Assembly (NCBI GenBank): GCA_000165345.1
Contig: CM000435.1
Coordinates: 1,184,001 to 1,248,000, forward strand
Reading direction: 5' to 3'
Length of the DNA: 64,000 bases
How positions within the stretch are numbered: the stretch's first letter is position 1; each line of letters starts with the position of its first letter. Positions 40,447 to 50,760 of this stretch are shown piece after piece. The notes under the pieces were generated by a model. It saw only the letters and a program-made list of their open reading frames with translations, made no database searches and was not told the DNA's origin. Made by a program: the position numbers and the translations under genes.

Positions 40447-42093
40447 TCAATTCCATGATAAAGACTGATTTCCAGAATTGATGTAACTTGGAATACTTGA
40501 ACAGGAAATGCTGAAAATAAAATTGTTAAACTCGTGGTTTAACTGATCAAACCTAATTTCAATACTTTTAATTTTATTGAAAGCATATTCTCTAGATTCG
40601 CTCATCAAATTTTTATTATCAATTACAGCTTCTCTAGATTTGATTCCATAGAGCTCAACAGACTGCCTAAGCTTTTCCATTCTTTCAATAAACTGAGCAT
40701 ATCCAGAATTAGAAATGACAGGCTGCAAGACTGAAATTTGGTCATTGTCTGTTACAACAAATTGATTTGCTACCTCTGATTTCTTGGCTTTTAAGCTTTG
40801 ACTATGTAAAATTAAAGCACTTTCCATGTACTGAATCTCTTCTAAAAGGGACTTATATGTAATCTCGTTTGCTGTTCCGTGTACAGTAAAGGATGCAGGT
40901 GAGGTCGCCATGAACATGTCCATAATACCAACAAGCTGGAGTTGTAATTCACTCATTTCTTGCTTAAGTAGTTGAATATCCTTATTTGTAGACTCTAAAC
41001 TACTTGGCTGTGGATAAAATTCTGAATCACTATCTTCAACAAAACTCTCCTCTGTAGGTGTTTTATTTGAACCTGAATTAAAGTCCCCATTAAAATACTT
41101 TACTTTTCCATCCTGATCAATCAAAACTTTTCCTTCGAGTATTTTGTCCTTATTTTTTGTGAGAAACTCCTTTAGATAATCCTTTCTCTCCTTTAATCTA
41201 TTGAGAAGGTATTTATAATCTGTAATACTACTCGAGTGTTTGACAAGTAAAGGACCATCTAAATTGGCATCTTCGGATTCATTCAATCCTAAAATTTGGT
41301 TTTCAACTCTATCAGCATTTTTATTCTTATTAATACCTTCATCATCACCAATTAATAATGATCTAATAGACCTGCAACCTTCTGGAAGTTCTAAATCTCT
41401 CAAAATGATGTTATTTAGCGCATAACATAAATTTTTGGAATCTTTAATTTTTTCAATTAAACTATTTGCTAAATACATATGGGAAAGAGGTTTCATATTC
41501 CACCTATCAGCATAAATAAAAAACATCATTACTGCAATATTGTTCCAATCTTCATCAATATCATAAACGCTTTTATCTTCAACAGGTGAAAACGAAAAGA
41601 TATTCCATACTTCCTTTTCTTCCTCTGCTTTATAAAACTTATCTTTATTTCTAAAAGTTGAAGGATTTACTACATCCAAGTAAACTGTTAAATTCTTCAT
41701 AACTTCATATATTGAGCTAGTTTTAGTATTTAAAGTTACTAATATTATTCCGGTACCAGATGATTGAACTGCATTCAGGTCTATTTTTGCTCTTGGGAAA
41801 TATCTTTCAATATCTGAGCTAACGCTAACACACCCGTCAAGTGCAGGATTGTCTGGATTAGTTACACAGTCAATAAATTCTCCGATACTATCCATCATCC
41901 AAACATTACAACTTACATCTTCAGGAAGCTTCCAGTTATCGTAATCATCATTATTGGCTTCTTCAGGAAAAATTTGTGATCTTTCAAATCTAACAATGAT
42001 AACTTCCCCTGCATATTTAGGTATTCCGAACCCTCCATGTGAACTATAATGCTTCAATCTCCCTGTTTCATTTTCTGTGATAAGCTCTGTCAT
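40447..42093 (-). CDS. Hypothetical protein with a C-terminal coiled coil
   Basis: 548-codon ORF with an ATG start. E2F pair about 460 bp upstream. Confidence 0.5.
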   Translation of the reverse strand: MTELITENETGRLKHYSSHGGFGIPKYAGEVIIVRFERSQIFPEEANNDDYDNWKLPEDVSCNVWMMDSIGEFIDCVTNPDNPALDGCVSVSSDIERYFPRAKIDLNAVQSSGTGIILVTLNTKTSSIYEVMKNLTVYLDVVNPSTFRNKDKFYKAEEEKEVWNIFSFSPVEDKSVYDIDEDWNNIAVMMFFIYADRWNMKPLSHMYLANSLIEKIKDSKNLCYALNNIILRDLELPEGCRSIRSLLIGDDEGINKNKNADRVENQILGLNESEDANLDGPLLVKHSSSITDYKYLLNRLKERKDYLKEFLTKNKDKILEGKVLIDQDGKVKYFNGDFNSGSNKTPTEESFVEDSDSEFYPQPSSLESTNKDIQLLKQEMSELQLQLVGIMDMFMATSPASFTVHGTANEITYKSLLEEIQYMESALILHSQSLKAKKSEVANQFVVTDNDQISVLQPVISNSGYAQFIERMEKLRQSVELYGIKSREAVIDNKNLMSESREYAFNKIKSIEIRFDQLNHEFNNFIFSISCSSIPSYINSGNQSLSWN

Positions 42094-42555
42094 TTTTTTT
42101 TAAAAGCTCTTTTATATTAATATTATTTAAAATATTTTCATTTAACTAGAGATCTTAATTCGCTTAGTTCATATAGCATGGTACTTTACGTTACGTATCT
42201 ACGTGTTATACCAATATTGTTCATAACTAACAGTTACCTGCAAAATAATCTTAATTAAAAGAAATTTAAATTGAAAATATTTAAGAAAAACAAATATTAT
42301 ATCTAAAATCACTTTTAAAAAGATAATAGTAAGTCGATATTCACTTTTATCGCAACCTAATACAAACATTAAACTCCACTTCAAAATGATAAGTTCTAAA
42401 AATGTAGGCTATATATATTAATGCTTTAAATTTCAAAAATCCTATGTAATATAGTTGAAAATCTGAATAGATTTGGATAAGATCTTTTATCAAAACTTGA
42501 ATCAATTTTTCAAATGCTTATTTTTGAACTGACTACAATAGTGCATGCAAGGCAG

Positions 42556-42584
42556 CGCCAAATCACACGAACGCTGTTGGCGCC
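42556..42584. promoter_or_regulatory. Paired E2F-type boxes (AGCGCCAAA … TTGGCGCC)
   Basis: In the 1-kb gap between 42093 (- start) and the small ORF at 42777. Confidence 0.5.
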
Positions 42585-42776
42585 TATTTGAAACAAATTT
42601 GTGTGGTTTTTGATATAAATGTAAGATGAAAAAGAAAATGTATTTTTTTTCATTTTTTTTCGCAAGTTAAGGTAGGATTATCTTTTGTAATATTTTTAAA
42701 TTACTTAGGTTGATAGAATGTTTCTCTTTTTTGTAACTTGACTAACTATTAGAGCATAAACTCTTTTAAAGTAGAA

Positions 42777-43001
42777 ATGTACAGAAATGAAATATTAAGT
42801 AATTTCTCCTCTAGATTGAGAATTATGTATCGCTACTACGAGAATAGATGGAATGAGCTTATATACAAACAAAATGATGATTTGGTAATGATTCTAAAAG
42901 AATATAACTTGAAAATAAAACGTGTAGCAAACAACCAAGGAAAAGGGATAGTTAAAAAAATAATGTTTTGTGAGCCTGATATAAAAAGGAATATAATTTA
43001 A
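42777..43001 (+). CDS. Possible small protein (74 aa). Very uncertain
   Basis: ATG ORF MYRNEILSNFSSRLRIMYRYYENRW… sits about 190 bp downstream of a paired E2F box (42556-42584) in an otherwise ORF-free 1-kb gap. No homology recognised. Confidence 0.2.
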   Translation: MYRNEILSNFSSRLRIMYRYYENRWNELIYKQNDDLVMILKEYNLKIKRVANNQGKGIVKKIMFCEPDIKRNII

Positions 43002-43147
43002 ATAAACTTGATTCTACAGAAAGAGCGTTTTCTATCATCAAGTACAATTTTCTAAAGTTGGGAAAAGCAATACATAATTTAAAATAACTTGGGTGTTGGA
43101 AATAAATAGTATTCAAGAATTGAATAAAAATAATCCAAAACCTTTAT

Positions 43148-43444
43148 TTAAGAATCTGAAATCTTTTGCCTCTTATATACTTGTTGGTCTTTCTCAAAGT
43201 TTTGAGTCAAATCTTCATATCCCTCTCCTACCATTCCAATACAATCGCCACGTAAAACAAGAGACTCCATACTTACAGTTTCTACTTTGTTCAGATCTTT
43301 ATTATATATCTTTTCAAAGCAATTTTGTAATACTATATTTGTTAGCTGATCGAACCCTACCAAATTCCCAACATATACTTTGTTATCAACTGTCAATACG
43401 CTCACAGTCTTGTTGATAAACTGTTCTAATGTAGAACTATTCAT
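43148..43444 (-). CDS. LSM8: Sm-like protein LSm8
   Basis: LEQFINKTVSVLTVDNKVYVGNLVGFDQLTNIVLQNCFEKIY…LVLRGDCIGMVGE aligns with human LSm8 LENYINRTVAVITSDGRMIVGTLKGFDQTINLILDESHERVF…IVRGDNVAVIGE. Confidence 0.8.
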   Translation of the reverse strand: MNSSTLEQFINKTVSVLTVDNKVYVGNLVGFDQLTNIVLQNCFEKIYNKDLNKVETVSMESLVLRGDCIGMVGEGYEDLTQNFEKDQQVYKRQKISDS

Positions 43445-44070
43445 CTGCTAATTCTAAAAGTTGGTAAAAAGTATGCAAATAATTAATAAGGACCAATATA
43501 AATATATATATTTATATAGATCAGTTTGCCAATGTATTTTGGAATCCTAATTTTTTTTAAACCTTGAAAGTAACTGGAATAATTGAAACAGTCAGTTCAA
43601 AAATAGAAAATCCTAAGGCATTGTCTAGCCACGTATTTAAGATGAATTCTTATTTAATATATTGTTAACAAATAAATTTCCTTGAAAAATAATTTTAAAA
43701 TAATTTTTCTGGTCTCATTCTACCGACATCAATGGACCCTCATCTTGATACCGGTTTTTGACTATGAGTGCATTTTGGCGGGCTTCGGGAATAATTTATT
43801 TATTAAGCTGATGAAAAAATTAGTATACAAATAATTTAGATTACTGTGAGTTTGAAAGAAAATTTTCGGTATTATTTGTTCTCACTGGAAAGAAGATACA
43901 ATCTCTTGAAGGTATAAAGTAAAAGTCCCTTATATTCGTATTAATAATAAGTGGCTCATAAAGCCATTAATAATAAATTTAAAAATACGAAATTTATGTG
44001 AGAATATAAGTAATAAACCTTTAAAGTGAGGGAGAAAGAGGTAGGAGTTTATCATATTGAGTACAAAACC

Positions 44071-46044
44071 ATGTATGTGGGCTCTCAGAAGAAGAATGGA
44101 GTTGTGGAATTAGAACTTGTGGGAGAAATTCCAAAAACTGAAAGGTTAGATACCGATGTAAACTCTCCCGTTTCATATGATGATTTATTCGAAATTATAC
44201 CAAATTCTAGAGGAAGAAAACGCAGTAATGAGCTGAAGATTGATATACCTGAGGACTTAAACTCTCAGATGGCCGAACTTCTAAAATTTTGTGGTATTAA
44301 TGAATTTGATGATGAGGAACCCTTAAATTCGGAAGAAAACAATAAGCAATCAAAATACAATAAGGACTCTAAAAATGATAAATTACTTAAAGCTCACTCT
44401 ATAGGTCCACCATTCTTAGTCAGATTAATGAGGTATAATTTACTGGAAAATAAGTTTCCTAACTTTTTTGATTTTGGGGTAAATTTAACTTTGCCTGCTT
44501 CTTTTCAAGTCTCTGAATATCGCCTTCTAAAGACAGTTCATCCCAGAGATAATCCATGGTACAAAGGTTGTAATAAACTTATTTTATTGGGGATCCCTTC
44601 ATCTTTACGTCCAAATGACTTGAAGGAAATTATCCTATCTTTTGCTAATAAACCAGGGTGTAATTTAAAGATCAGAGAAACAGAAGTTGAAAATTCTAGC
44701 CCAGATTTGAAGTCTTCATCCCAGAAGTCCTTCTCAATTACAGAGTTGGGTATAAAGAACTTCACAAATTTGTTTACAACAGAAAATAAAGGCCACTACT
44801 TAAATAATTTATATCAGCCTTCTGGAGCATTGGTAAAGAGTCATATGAATATGGCAATATTAGAATTCCAAGAAGAAGAAGATGCATTTGAATTTTGGGT
44901 GGCGTTAAGTACCGGACTATTTCAATGTTATGGAAGCGTTTTAACAGCAATTCCTGACCCTTCTGGAAAGAGAATTCTTGCCGAGGGAATGTTAACGGTA
45001 TTTTCCCCAAAAAACATTCCACTTATGGATTCTATTGAATCTTTTACAAAAAATATTCTTCAAAAGAATTATCAAAACTCAGATGAAGTAGAACTTGTTT
45101 TATCTTTTCCACTTATTGGTTCATCACGTTCTATTGATACTTTAAAAAATGAATTAATTCAAATATTTAAAGATTTACCAGAATCTGACAGTTATGTAAT
45201 TGAAGAAACTGTATACTGTCTAACTATACGTTCTAAGACTCAAAAAATCATGGAACTAATTAACAATCGGCTTTTTCAACTTTGTACTTTCAAACTGACT
45301 TCAGAATCCGATCAGATGAATTTTATGGATGAGAATAATCAAATTATAAATACTGCAATGTTTATTTTCAAAGACAAAATTTGTGAACCTGTAATAATTC
45401 AAGGGAATTATGATATTCATCCAATAAAGCACCGTACAATTGAGCTTTCAAGCTTTAATAAAAAGCACGAAAAGAACTCTAAAGTCAGTTTTTCCTCAGT
45501 AAACCAGAATGATCAAGACACAGAGCCTGTTGGGTTTCTTTTCAAGAAATTTGAGGAATTAAGAGAAGCTCTTCAGCATGGGCTAGCACCAATCTCTACA
45601 AACTCCGGAGACCAGAACATTAATTCTGACCAAAATGGTTCAAATAACGCTAAGAGATTGCTTAGAACCCCTTCAGAAGTTTGTTCAATTGGTGACTCGA
45701 ATTCTTCGCAAATAGCATCTAACACGATGAATGCTATCAACAAGAAACTTTCTGGAGTCCAAATAGATGGACCATTAAAGAATGAAGAAGAAAATTTCGT
45801 ACAAGAATATCCAGATTCGCATTATAGACGCTCAAATAATAGAAAAAGAGCTCTCGAAAGTTTAGATGAGGATCCTGAACTTCCATTAGGTTCAAATTCT
45901 GACAATAGAAATGTGAACGGGTCAAATAAAGATGAAACACAAAGATCTGAAAACAATAAAGCTGAGAAATCTACAAGCAAGAGGAAAACCTCCGTTGAAC
46001 TACCCAGGAAAAACATTAAAAGTAGCTCATCTAGGAGAGACTAA
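44071..46044 (+). CDS. Hypothetical protein
   Basis: The track start 44026 is GTG; the first in-frame ATG is at 44071 (MYVGSQKKNG…). 657 codons with a basic Ser-rich tail. No recognisable domain. Confidence 0.45.
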   Translation: MYVGSQKKNGVVELELVGEIPKTERLDTDVNSPVSYDDLFEIIPNSRGRKRSNELKIDIPEDLNSQMAELLKFCGINEFDDEEPLNSEENNKQSKYNKDSKNDKLLKAHSIGPPFLVRLMRYNLLENKFPNFFDFGVNLTLPASFQVSEYRLLKTVHPRDNPWYKGCNKLILLGIPSSLRPNDLKEIILSFANKPGCNLKIRETEVENSSPDLKSSSQKSFSITELGIKNFTNLFTTENKGHYLNNLYQPSGALVKSHMNMAILEFQEEEDAFEFWVALSTGLFQCYGSVLTAIPDPSGKRILAEGMLTVFSPKNIPLMDSIESFTKNILQKNYQNSDEVELVLSFPLIGSSRSIDTLKNELIQIFKDLPESDSYVIEETVYCLTIRSKTQKIMELINNRLFQLCTFKLTSESDQMNFMDENNQIINTAMFIFKDKICEPVIIQGNYDIHPIKHRTIELSSFNKKHEKNSKVSFSSVNQNDQDTEPVGFLFKKFEELREALQHGLAPISTNSGDQNINSDQNGSNNAKRLLRTPSEVCSIGDSNSSQIASNTMNAINKKLSGVQIDGPLKNEEENFVQEYPDSHYRRSNNRKRALESLDEDPELPLGSNSDNRNVNGSNKDETQRSENNKAEKSTSKRKTSVELPRKNIKSSSSRRD

Positions 46045-46091
46045 TATTTAGAATTTAAGCTCCAAACTTTATAAAATATATTATTTATGAA

Positions 46092-47267
46092 CTATTCATT
46101 TCTGTTAATTTTAATAGAGGAAATAGTTTTATATACCTGTTCTTCATTACTTATGACTCCTATTTCTTGAATTCCAGATAATTCATTAAGCTGAATTTCA
46201 GAGATATATCCAGGACCAAAGCTTTTTTTTGAGTATGCTTTCACAAGACTACTAGAATTAAATGTTAATTTCTGTTTTTCACTTTTATTTCCGTATTTTG
46301 TATTGATAAAGGTTACATGTGGGTTATAATCCTGTACTATAGAATCTTTTAGATTTTGTGATTTGTTACTAATCTCTGAATTAGAATCAGATATTGTTAA
46401 ATTAACCCCATATTTTATCAGTATCTCACAAAGTTTAATCCAAAGTCGTTTAATCATTGCAATTTTATGATTTTCAGATATTTTTGCATATACAACTCTA
46501 GAATTATAAGGAGATCCAAAGTACCCTAATCCATGTAACTCCACAGGAAATCCCTTTTCAGAAGATGATTCTTCCAAAATGTCTCGAAACTCTTGAGTTT
46601 CTTTTAATTCGAATAATGCATTCTCACACTGTAAAAGTTCTTGAGGTGTTTCTGCTCGAACTAACCCCAAAGTTATGTGCAATTTCTTCTCACCAATAAA
46701 AAATGTCGGTTTAATTTCTCCGTACTCTGCAGATTCATTCACCACTTTTTTTAAAGCTTTGAATTCCTTGAATAGATTCAAAGAGTGCTGATTAAATGAT
46801 AAACTGAAAAAGTGTGTTGGAGTTTGATTTACTTTGATATTTTGATCTTTTTCCTCCAAATAATCCACAAATTCCAAATGATCAAAATTTGAGCCAAGCT
46901 TAGTAGCTTCTTCAGATTCTTCGCTTTCAGAATTTGAGAAATTACTATCTTCCTTAATAACTTGCACTTCGCTTGTAGGCTTAAATGAAAGTCTTTTCAA
47001 CAAACTTGCTGGAATCTGACTCAAGTCCACATACTCACTCACCATCCTCCCCCTTTCTTTATCCCCTGACCTCTGAAAGATGTTGTCTCGTATTTCAACA
47101 GCTTTTACTGGCGGGAATAAAATCATCTCATCTAACTTTTCGATTTCATTTGAATGAAAATGACTACCCTGGGGGGAATTATGATCATTATAAGATCCCT
47201 CTGCTCCCGTAACTCCGCTTTCTTCGTTCAGTTGTTTTTTAGATTCCTTAATTTTTTTTGAAGCCAT
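46092..47267 (-). CDS. 2H-phosphoesterase-fold protein (ASCC1/AKAP7/LigT-like)
   Basis: Two H-x-T/S-x motifs at the right spacing: KKLHITLGLV and NPHVTFINTKYG. Confidence 0.45.
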   Translation of the reverse strand: MASKKIKESKKQLNEESGVTGAEGSYNDHNSPQGSHFHSNEIEKLDEMILFPPVKAVEIRDNIFQRSGDKERGRMVSEYVDLSQIPASLLKRLSFKPTSEVQVIKEDSNFSNSESEESEEATKLGSNFDHLEFVDYLEEKDQNIKVNQTPTHFFSLSFNQHSLNLFKEFKALKKVVNESAEYGEIKPTFFIGEKKLHITLGLVRAETPQELLQCENALFELKETQEFRDILEESSSEKGFPVELHGLGYFGSPYNSRVVYAKISENHKIAMIKRLWIKLCEILIKYGVNLTISDSNSEISNKSQNLKDSIVQDYNPHVTFINTKYGNKSEKQKLTFNSSSLVKAYSKKSFGPGYISEIQLNELSGIQEIGVISNEEQVYKTISSIKINRNE

Positions 47268-47340
47268 AAATCATTCTAATCGGTACCGTTAATTTCCTCA
47301 ATTTACTTTTACTACTTTAAGCACTGCAAGCAAACAGAGA

Positions 47341-47358
47341 GCGCCAACTAATGGCGCC
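47341..47358. promoter_or_regulatory. Paired E2F-type boxes (GCGCCAACTAATGGCGCC) in a divergent promoter
   Basis: Between the 2H-phosphoesterase start (47267, -) and the CtIP-like start (47623, +). CGGTACCG at 47281-47288. Confidence 0.55.
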
Positions 47359-47622
47359 GTTTGTCGATCTAATTTACAGCCAAAATTATTTAAAGGGGTG
47401 GGCTTAATAATATTCTGAATTTACTTAAGAATAGAAACGGGTATAATTTGACTTGGAAAATAGCAAGAGGTTGCAGATGTTTTATATTTTTTGTGTGAGC
47501 ATTTTCATTCGGAAAATACACTCGTATTAAGTAAATAGTATTAATATATCGATCGCATGCTGGTAGTTACCAGGAGCTAAACAGTAAAATAAAAATAAGA
47601 TAATACTTGTTTTAATGAAACC

Positions 47623-48423
47623 ATGGATCAAATCATTGACGATGATGAGTACAATTCAATTTTCCCACTTGAGAAAATTGCTTCTCATTTGAATATTTCC
47701 TTAAAATTCCTAGAAAATGCTCAAATTCAGTGGATGAATGAAAAAGAATCACTCCTTCGTGAAATTGAGAGACTAAGAATGGAAAATAGAACTCTAAGAA
47801 TGGAAGTTAGAAGTAGTGAAAATATTGAAAGGAATTCTGTCTCAAATACTCCAAATAACAACAGAATTAAAAGTTATTATTTAATAAACAATGACTCTGG
47901 TCAGATTATTCCTATCCCTCCAAATCCAGTAAATCAAGTAGTTGGAAGAAGCTGCAGTAGTTCAAACAATATTAAAAGAGTAAACGATGTTCTTGAGATT
48001 CAAAATATTACCGAAAGAAATTCGAATGCTATTCCAAATAGAAATTCGATTTCTGCATCGAGAAGCATCCAAAATGATCAGATTTCTCCAGCTACAAGTT
48101 CACAAAACTGTCGAGTGAGACATATACAACTTGAAGACGAAAATAGCGACCATGAACCATTAGAGGAAAAGAAAAAAGCTATTAAGTATAGAGAAGTTGG
48201 AAAAAGTATTGGCAAAAAAGAACAAAGAAAGAATCTTGAAGCATTCGAGTGTACCGAGTGTTCTAAGTTTTACAAAGCTATTAATAATAATAGAACATCA
48301 AATAGCCAATCAATGTGTAAGCATCTAAAGCAAAGCCTTCTTCTTCAGAATTCAGGAAGGCATAGGTTCAAACATCCTCCAACTAAATCTCCCCCAGGGT
48401 ATTGGGATTTGGATGAAATTTGA
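47623..48423 (+). CDS. CtIP/Sae2/Ctp1-like DNA end-resection factor (short form)
   Basis: N-terminal coiled coil (LLREIERLRMENRTLRMEV). C-terminal Sae2/CtIP signature FECTECSKFY…GRHRFKHPPTKSPPGYWDLDEI, matching the CtIP C-terminus C.ECSKFY…GRHRY.PP.TPE.FW…F. Confidence 0.55.
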   Translation: MDQIIDDDEYNSIFPLEKIASHLNISLKFLENAQIQWMNEKESLLREIERLRMENRTLRMEVRSSENIERNSVSNTPNNNRIKSYYLINNDSGQIIPIPPNPVNQVVGRSCSSSNNIKRVNDVLEIQNITERNSNAIPNRNSISASRSIQNDQISPATSSQNCRVRHIQLEDENSDHEPLEEKKKAIKYREVGKSIGKKEQRKNLEAFECTECSKFYKAINNNRTSNSQSMCKHLKQSLLLQNSGRHRFKHPPTKSPPGYWDLDEI

Positions 48424-48514
48424 TATTAAGAAAGTATAATAAAATTTTGTTAACTTATTATTTCTATTATCTTTTTTTTTTACTTATATTTCATTTTAAA
48501 TTATCAATATGTAA

Positions 48515-50411
48515 TTATCCGGCATTAGTAAACGGTAAATCTTTTCCATTAGGTATTAAGTTAGAACCAGAATCGGGATCAGCTTGCAGTACAAAAACGG
48601 CCCAATCTCTTAAGATGTGGTTTATTTCTTTCAAGAAGGGTGACTTACATTGTAAAGGAGTACAATTTGTAGAATGCACCGCTACAACGAGAGAGCATGC
48701 TGGCTCTTTAAAAAATTGTGCCTTTTTCTCCACGTACTGGAGAAGTGGAGCAGTTGTAGCTTGATTATTACCTATAAGTTGCCCAAGATTTCCAGAAATA
48801 ATTATTTCTTCTTCTGTTTCTTTACCAAATACATTACCATAGTTTCCCATATATACCCCCGATAAAGGACCAAATTCCAATTCTTTTTCTAAACCAGGCT
48901 CAAACATTTGGGTCGCTAATGTTCCTCCGAATGCCATTTCTTGGAGTCTTCTAAGCATTATATTGTTGTTATTACCGATATCATCCCATTTCCTTTTACC
49001 CACTCCAATCTCAGATTCATCATCTTTTAATCCTTTGGAATCTCCACAAATTCCTTTATCTTTGATACAATTCTTTGAACTGTTTTCAAATTCGTTAGTT
49101 AAAAACTCAACATTATTTTCCATATCAATTCCCATACCTCTCATTTGAACAGCTTGGATGTCTGCTTGACTTTTCTTCACATAACGAGAAGAGGAAGTGA
49201 ACAAATTGTTTGAAATAGTGTCTTGACCTCTTGAACTAGTGTCATTAAAGTTGATTGGAAACTCTTGATCATTCTTATTTTCAGAAATTTCGTTTAAAGT
49301 TTCAAAGATATCTTCAACTACTTCATCTGACACCACATCATTCTCATCAAATGTTCCAGAAATAATTTTGTATGTCTCATCTTCAGGAATTTCTTCTCCA
49401 AACTCATATTTTTCGAGTGCTTTAGGAGGAAAAATAACGTTGAAGCCCTTTGGACACCAAATTCTGCCTCTTGTATAATTAACAATATTACAAATCATAG
49501 TTACTCTTTGATAAAAAGCAAAGTTTGAGCCAATATATGAAGGTTGGGAATTATCTGGACAAATTGCTATTGGTGGAATAACCTGAAATGCTTTGCATCC
49601 TTCAATTGAATTAACAAATCCTGCTGGACAAATTCCTCCATCCAATTCCTATAAAAAAAAAATTCAAATGAATTATCATCAATAATTTTATCTCCTTAAA
49701 CTTACAGAAAATGGAATAACACGATACCCTTCGCATGCCCATGATATAATATCTGGAGTAACTTCTCCTGTATTTGAATTAGTTTCTGATTCGTACTTAA
49801 GTCTAAGTTTCATTCCTGCTGGACATGCTAAAGAAGGTCCTACTTCTCTTTTTTCCTGGCAAATTCCTATTTTTAATAAATAAAAAATATATTATATTTA
49901 ATATAAGTAAATTTATTACTGTAAGCCAAAAAGAATATTTTGCAAAATTACCTGGATATAAAGATGACTGTTTAGGAATAGTGCCTGACGCTGAGCTAAC
50001 AAATCTTCCCAGATCACCAAAACACTCTGTTCTTGGTCCCAAAGAAACCTCAGCCATACAAAGTGGCCCCCAAGGAGTCCAGCCTTTTGGGCATCTGACC
50101 TGAACAGGTCTAATTAATTCAGGTACCCTATTATCTACTCCTTTTTCTTGCTTTCTAGTTAAAATGGGTTCAAATTCAGGTTTTTTTTCCGTCAATTTAT
50201 GAAGCTCAAGAATCTCCGTAATATTTGCATCATATCTGGGAAACTTGTCTTTCCAAGGAAGGGGCTTGTAATCTGACTTTAATTTTTGAGGTCCATACAT
50301 TTCAGCTGGGTTTGTAGATCCTGAAAAGTCATGCCTTTCTTGTGCCACATTTCTTTGCGATAATACATATCTAAAACATAAAACAAGCAGTAATAATATC
50401 AAAAAATTCAT
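48515..50411 (-). CDS. Secreted cysteine-rich (COWP-like) protein, spliced; the middle exon is not resolved
   Basis: The track ORFs 49803..50411 and 48515..49645 belong to one gene. The first has an ATG and a signal peptide MNFLILLLLVLCFRYVLS. The second starts at a TTG artefact. Exon 1 ends at 49952: CCAG followed by GTAATT at plus 49946-49951. A perfect 57-nt intron (GTAAGT…TTTTTTTTTATAG, 49648..49704) joins …PFS to ELDGGICPAGFVNSIEGC. Between them the 49705..49866 segment has stops in all frames as one exon. The best model uses acceptor CTTAG at 49803, giving exon 49705..49802 (DLKYESETNSNTGEVTPDIISWACEGYRVIPFS). Motifs RCPKGWTPWGPLC, ICPAGF…C and WCPKGF. Confidence 0.45.
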
Positions 50412-50760
50412 TTTATAACTAGAAAATGAGTATCATCTGCTCAGTTCAATTCATATTTCTTGAACTTTCATTAAAAAGAAAAACCTTATTGCATGCTTTT
50501 TTATAATATTACCAAATTACCCGCCAAAGCGATTTTTTGATGATACCCCAAAAAGATCGATAAAGAAAAAAAAATAGGACAAATTATTACGTGAAAAGTG
50601 GGAAAAACTTTGATACACATATTTTTGTGTATGAGCCCTAATAGTGAATCAGATATTAGGTAGCAGAGAGAGAGAGAGAGAAGCAAAATATCTTGGAGTT
50701 GGAACAATGTTTTGAAGTTAATGGGATCAGAAAGAAGAACAAAGGTATTTCCGGTTAAAT

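Noticed and set aside
43093-43416. 107-aa + ORF overlapping LSm8
   Set aside because: Antisense to a well-supported conserved LSm8 CDS, with no motif support.
49705-49866. Single-exon model for the middle of the COWP-like gene, including the tempting LACPAGMKL frame
   Set aside because: All three frames contain stops across this segment. The LACPAGMKL frame ends in TAA with no GT donor before it. A shorter exon (49705..49802) was kept as tentative instead.
49803-49951. C-terminal tail of track ORF 49803..50411 (…NFAKYSFWLTVINLL…SRNET*)
   Set aside because: Begins exactly at a GT donor after CCAG and is AT-rich intron sequence. The hydrophobic reading is read-through, not a transmembrane anchor.
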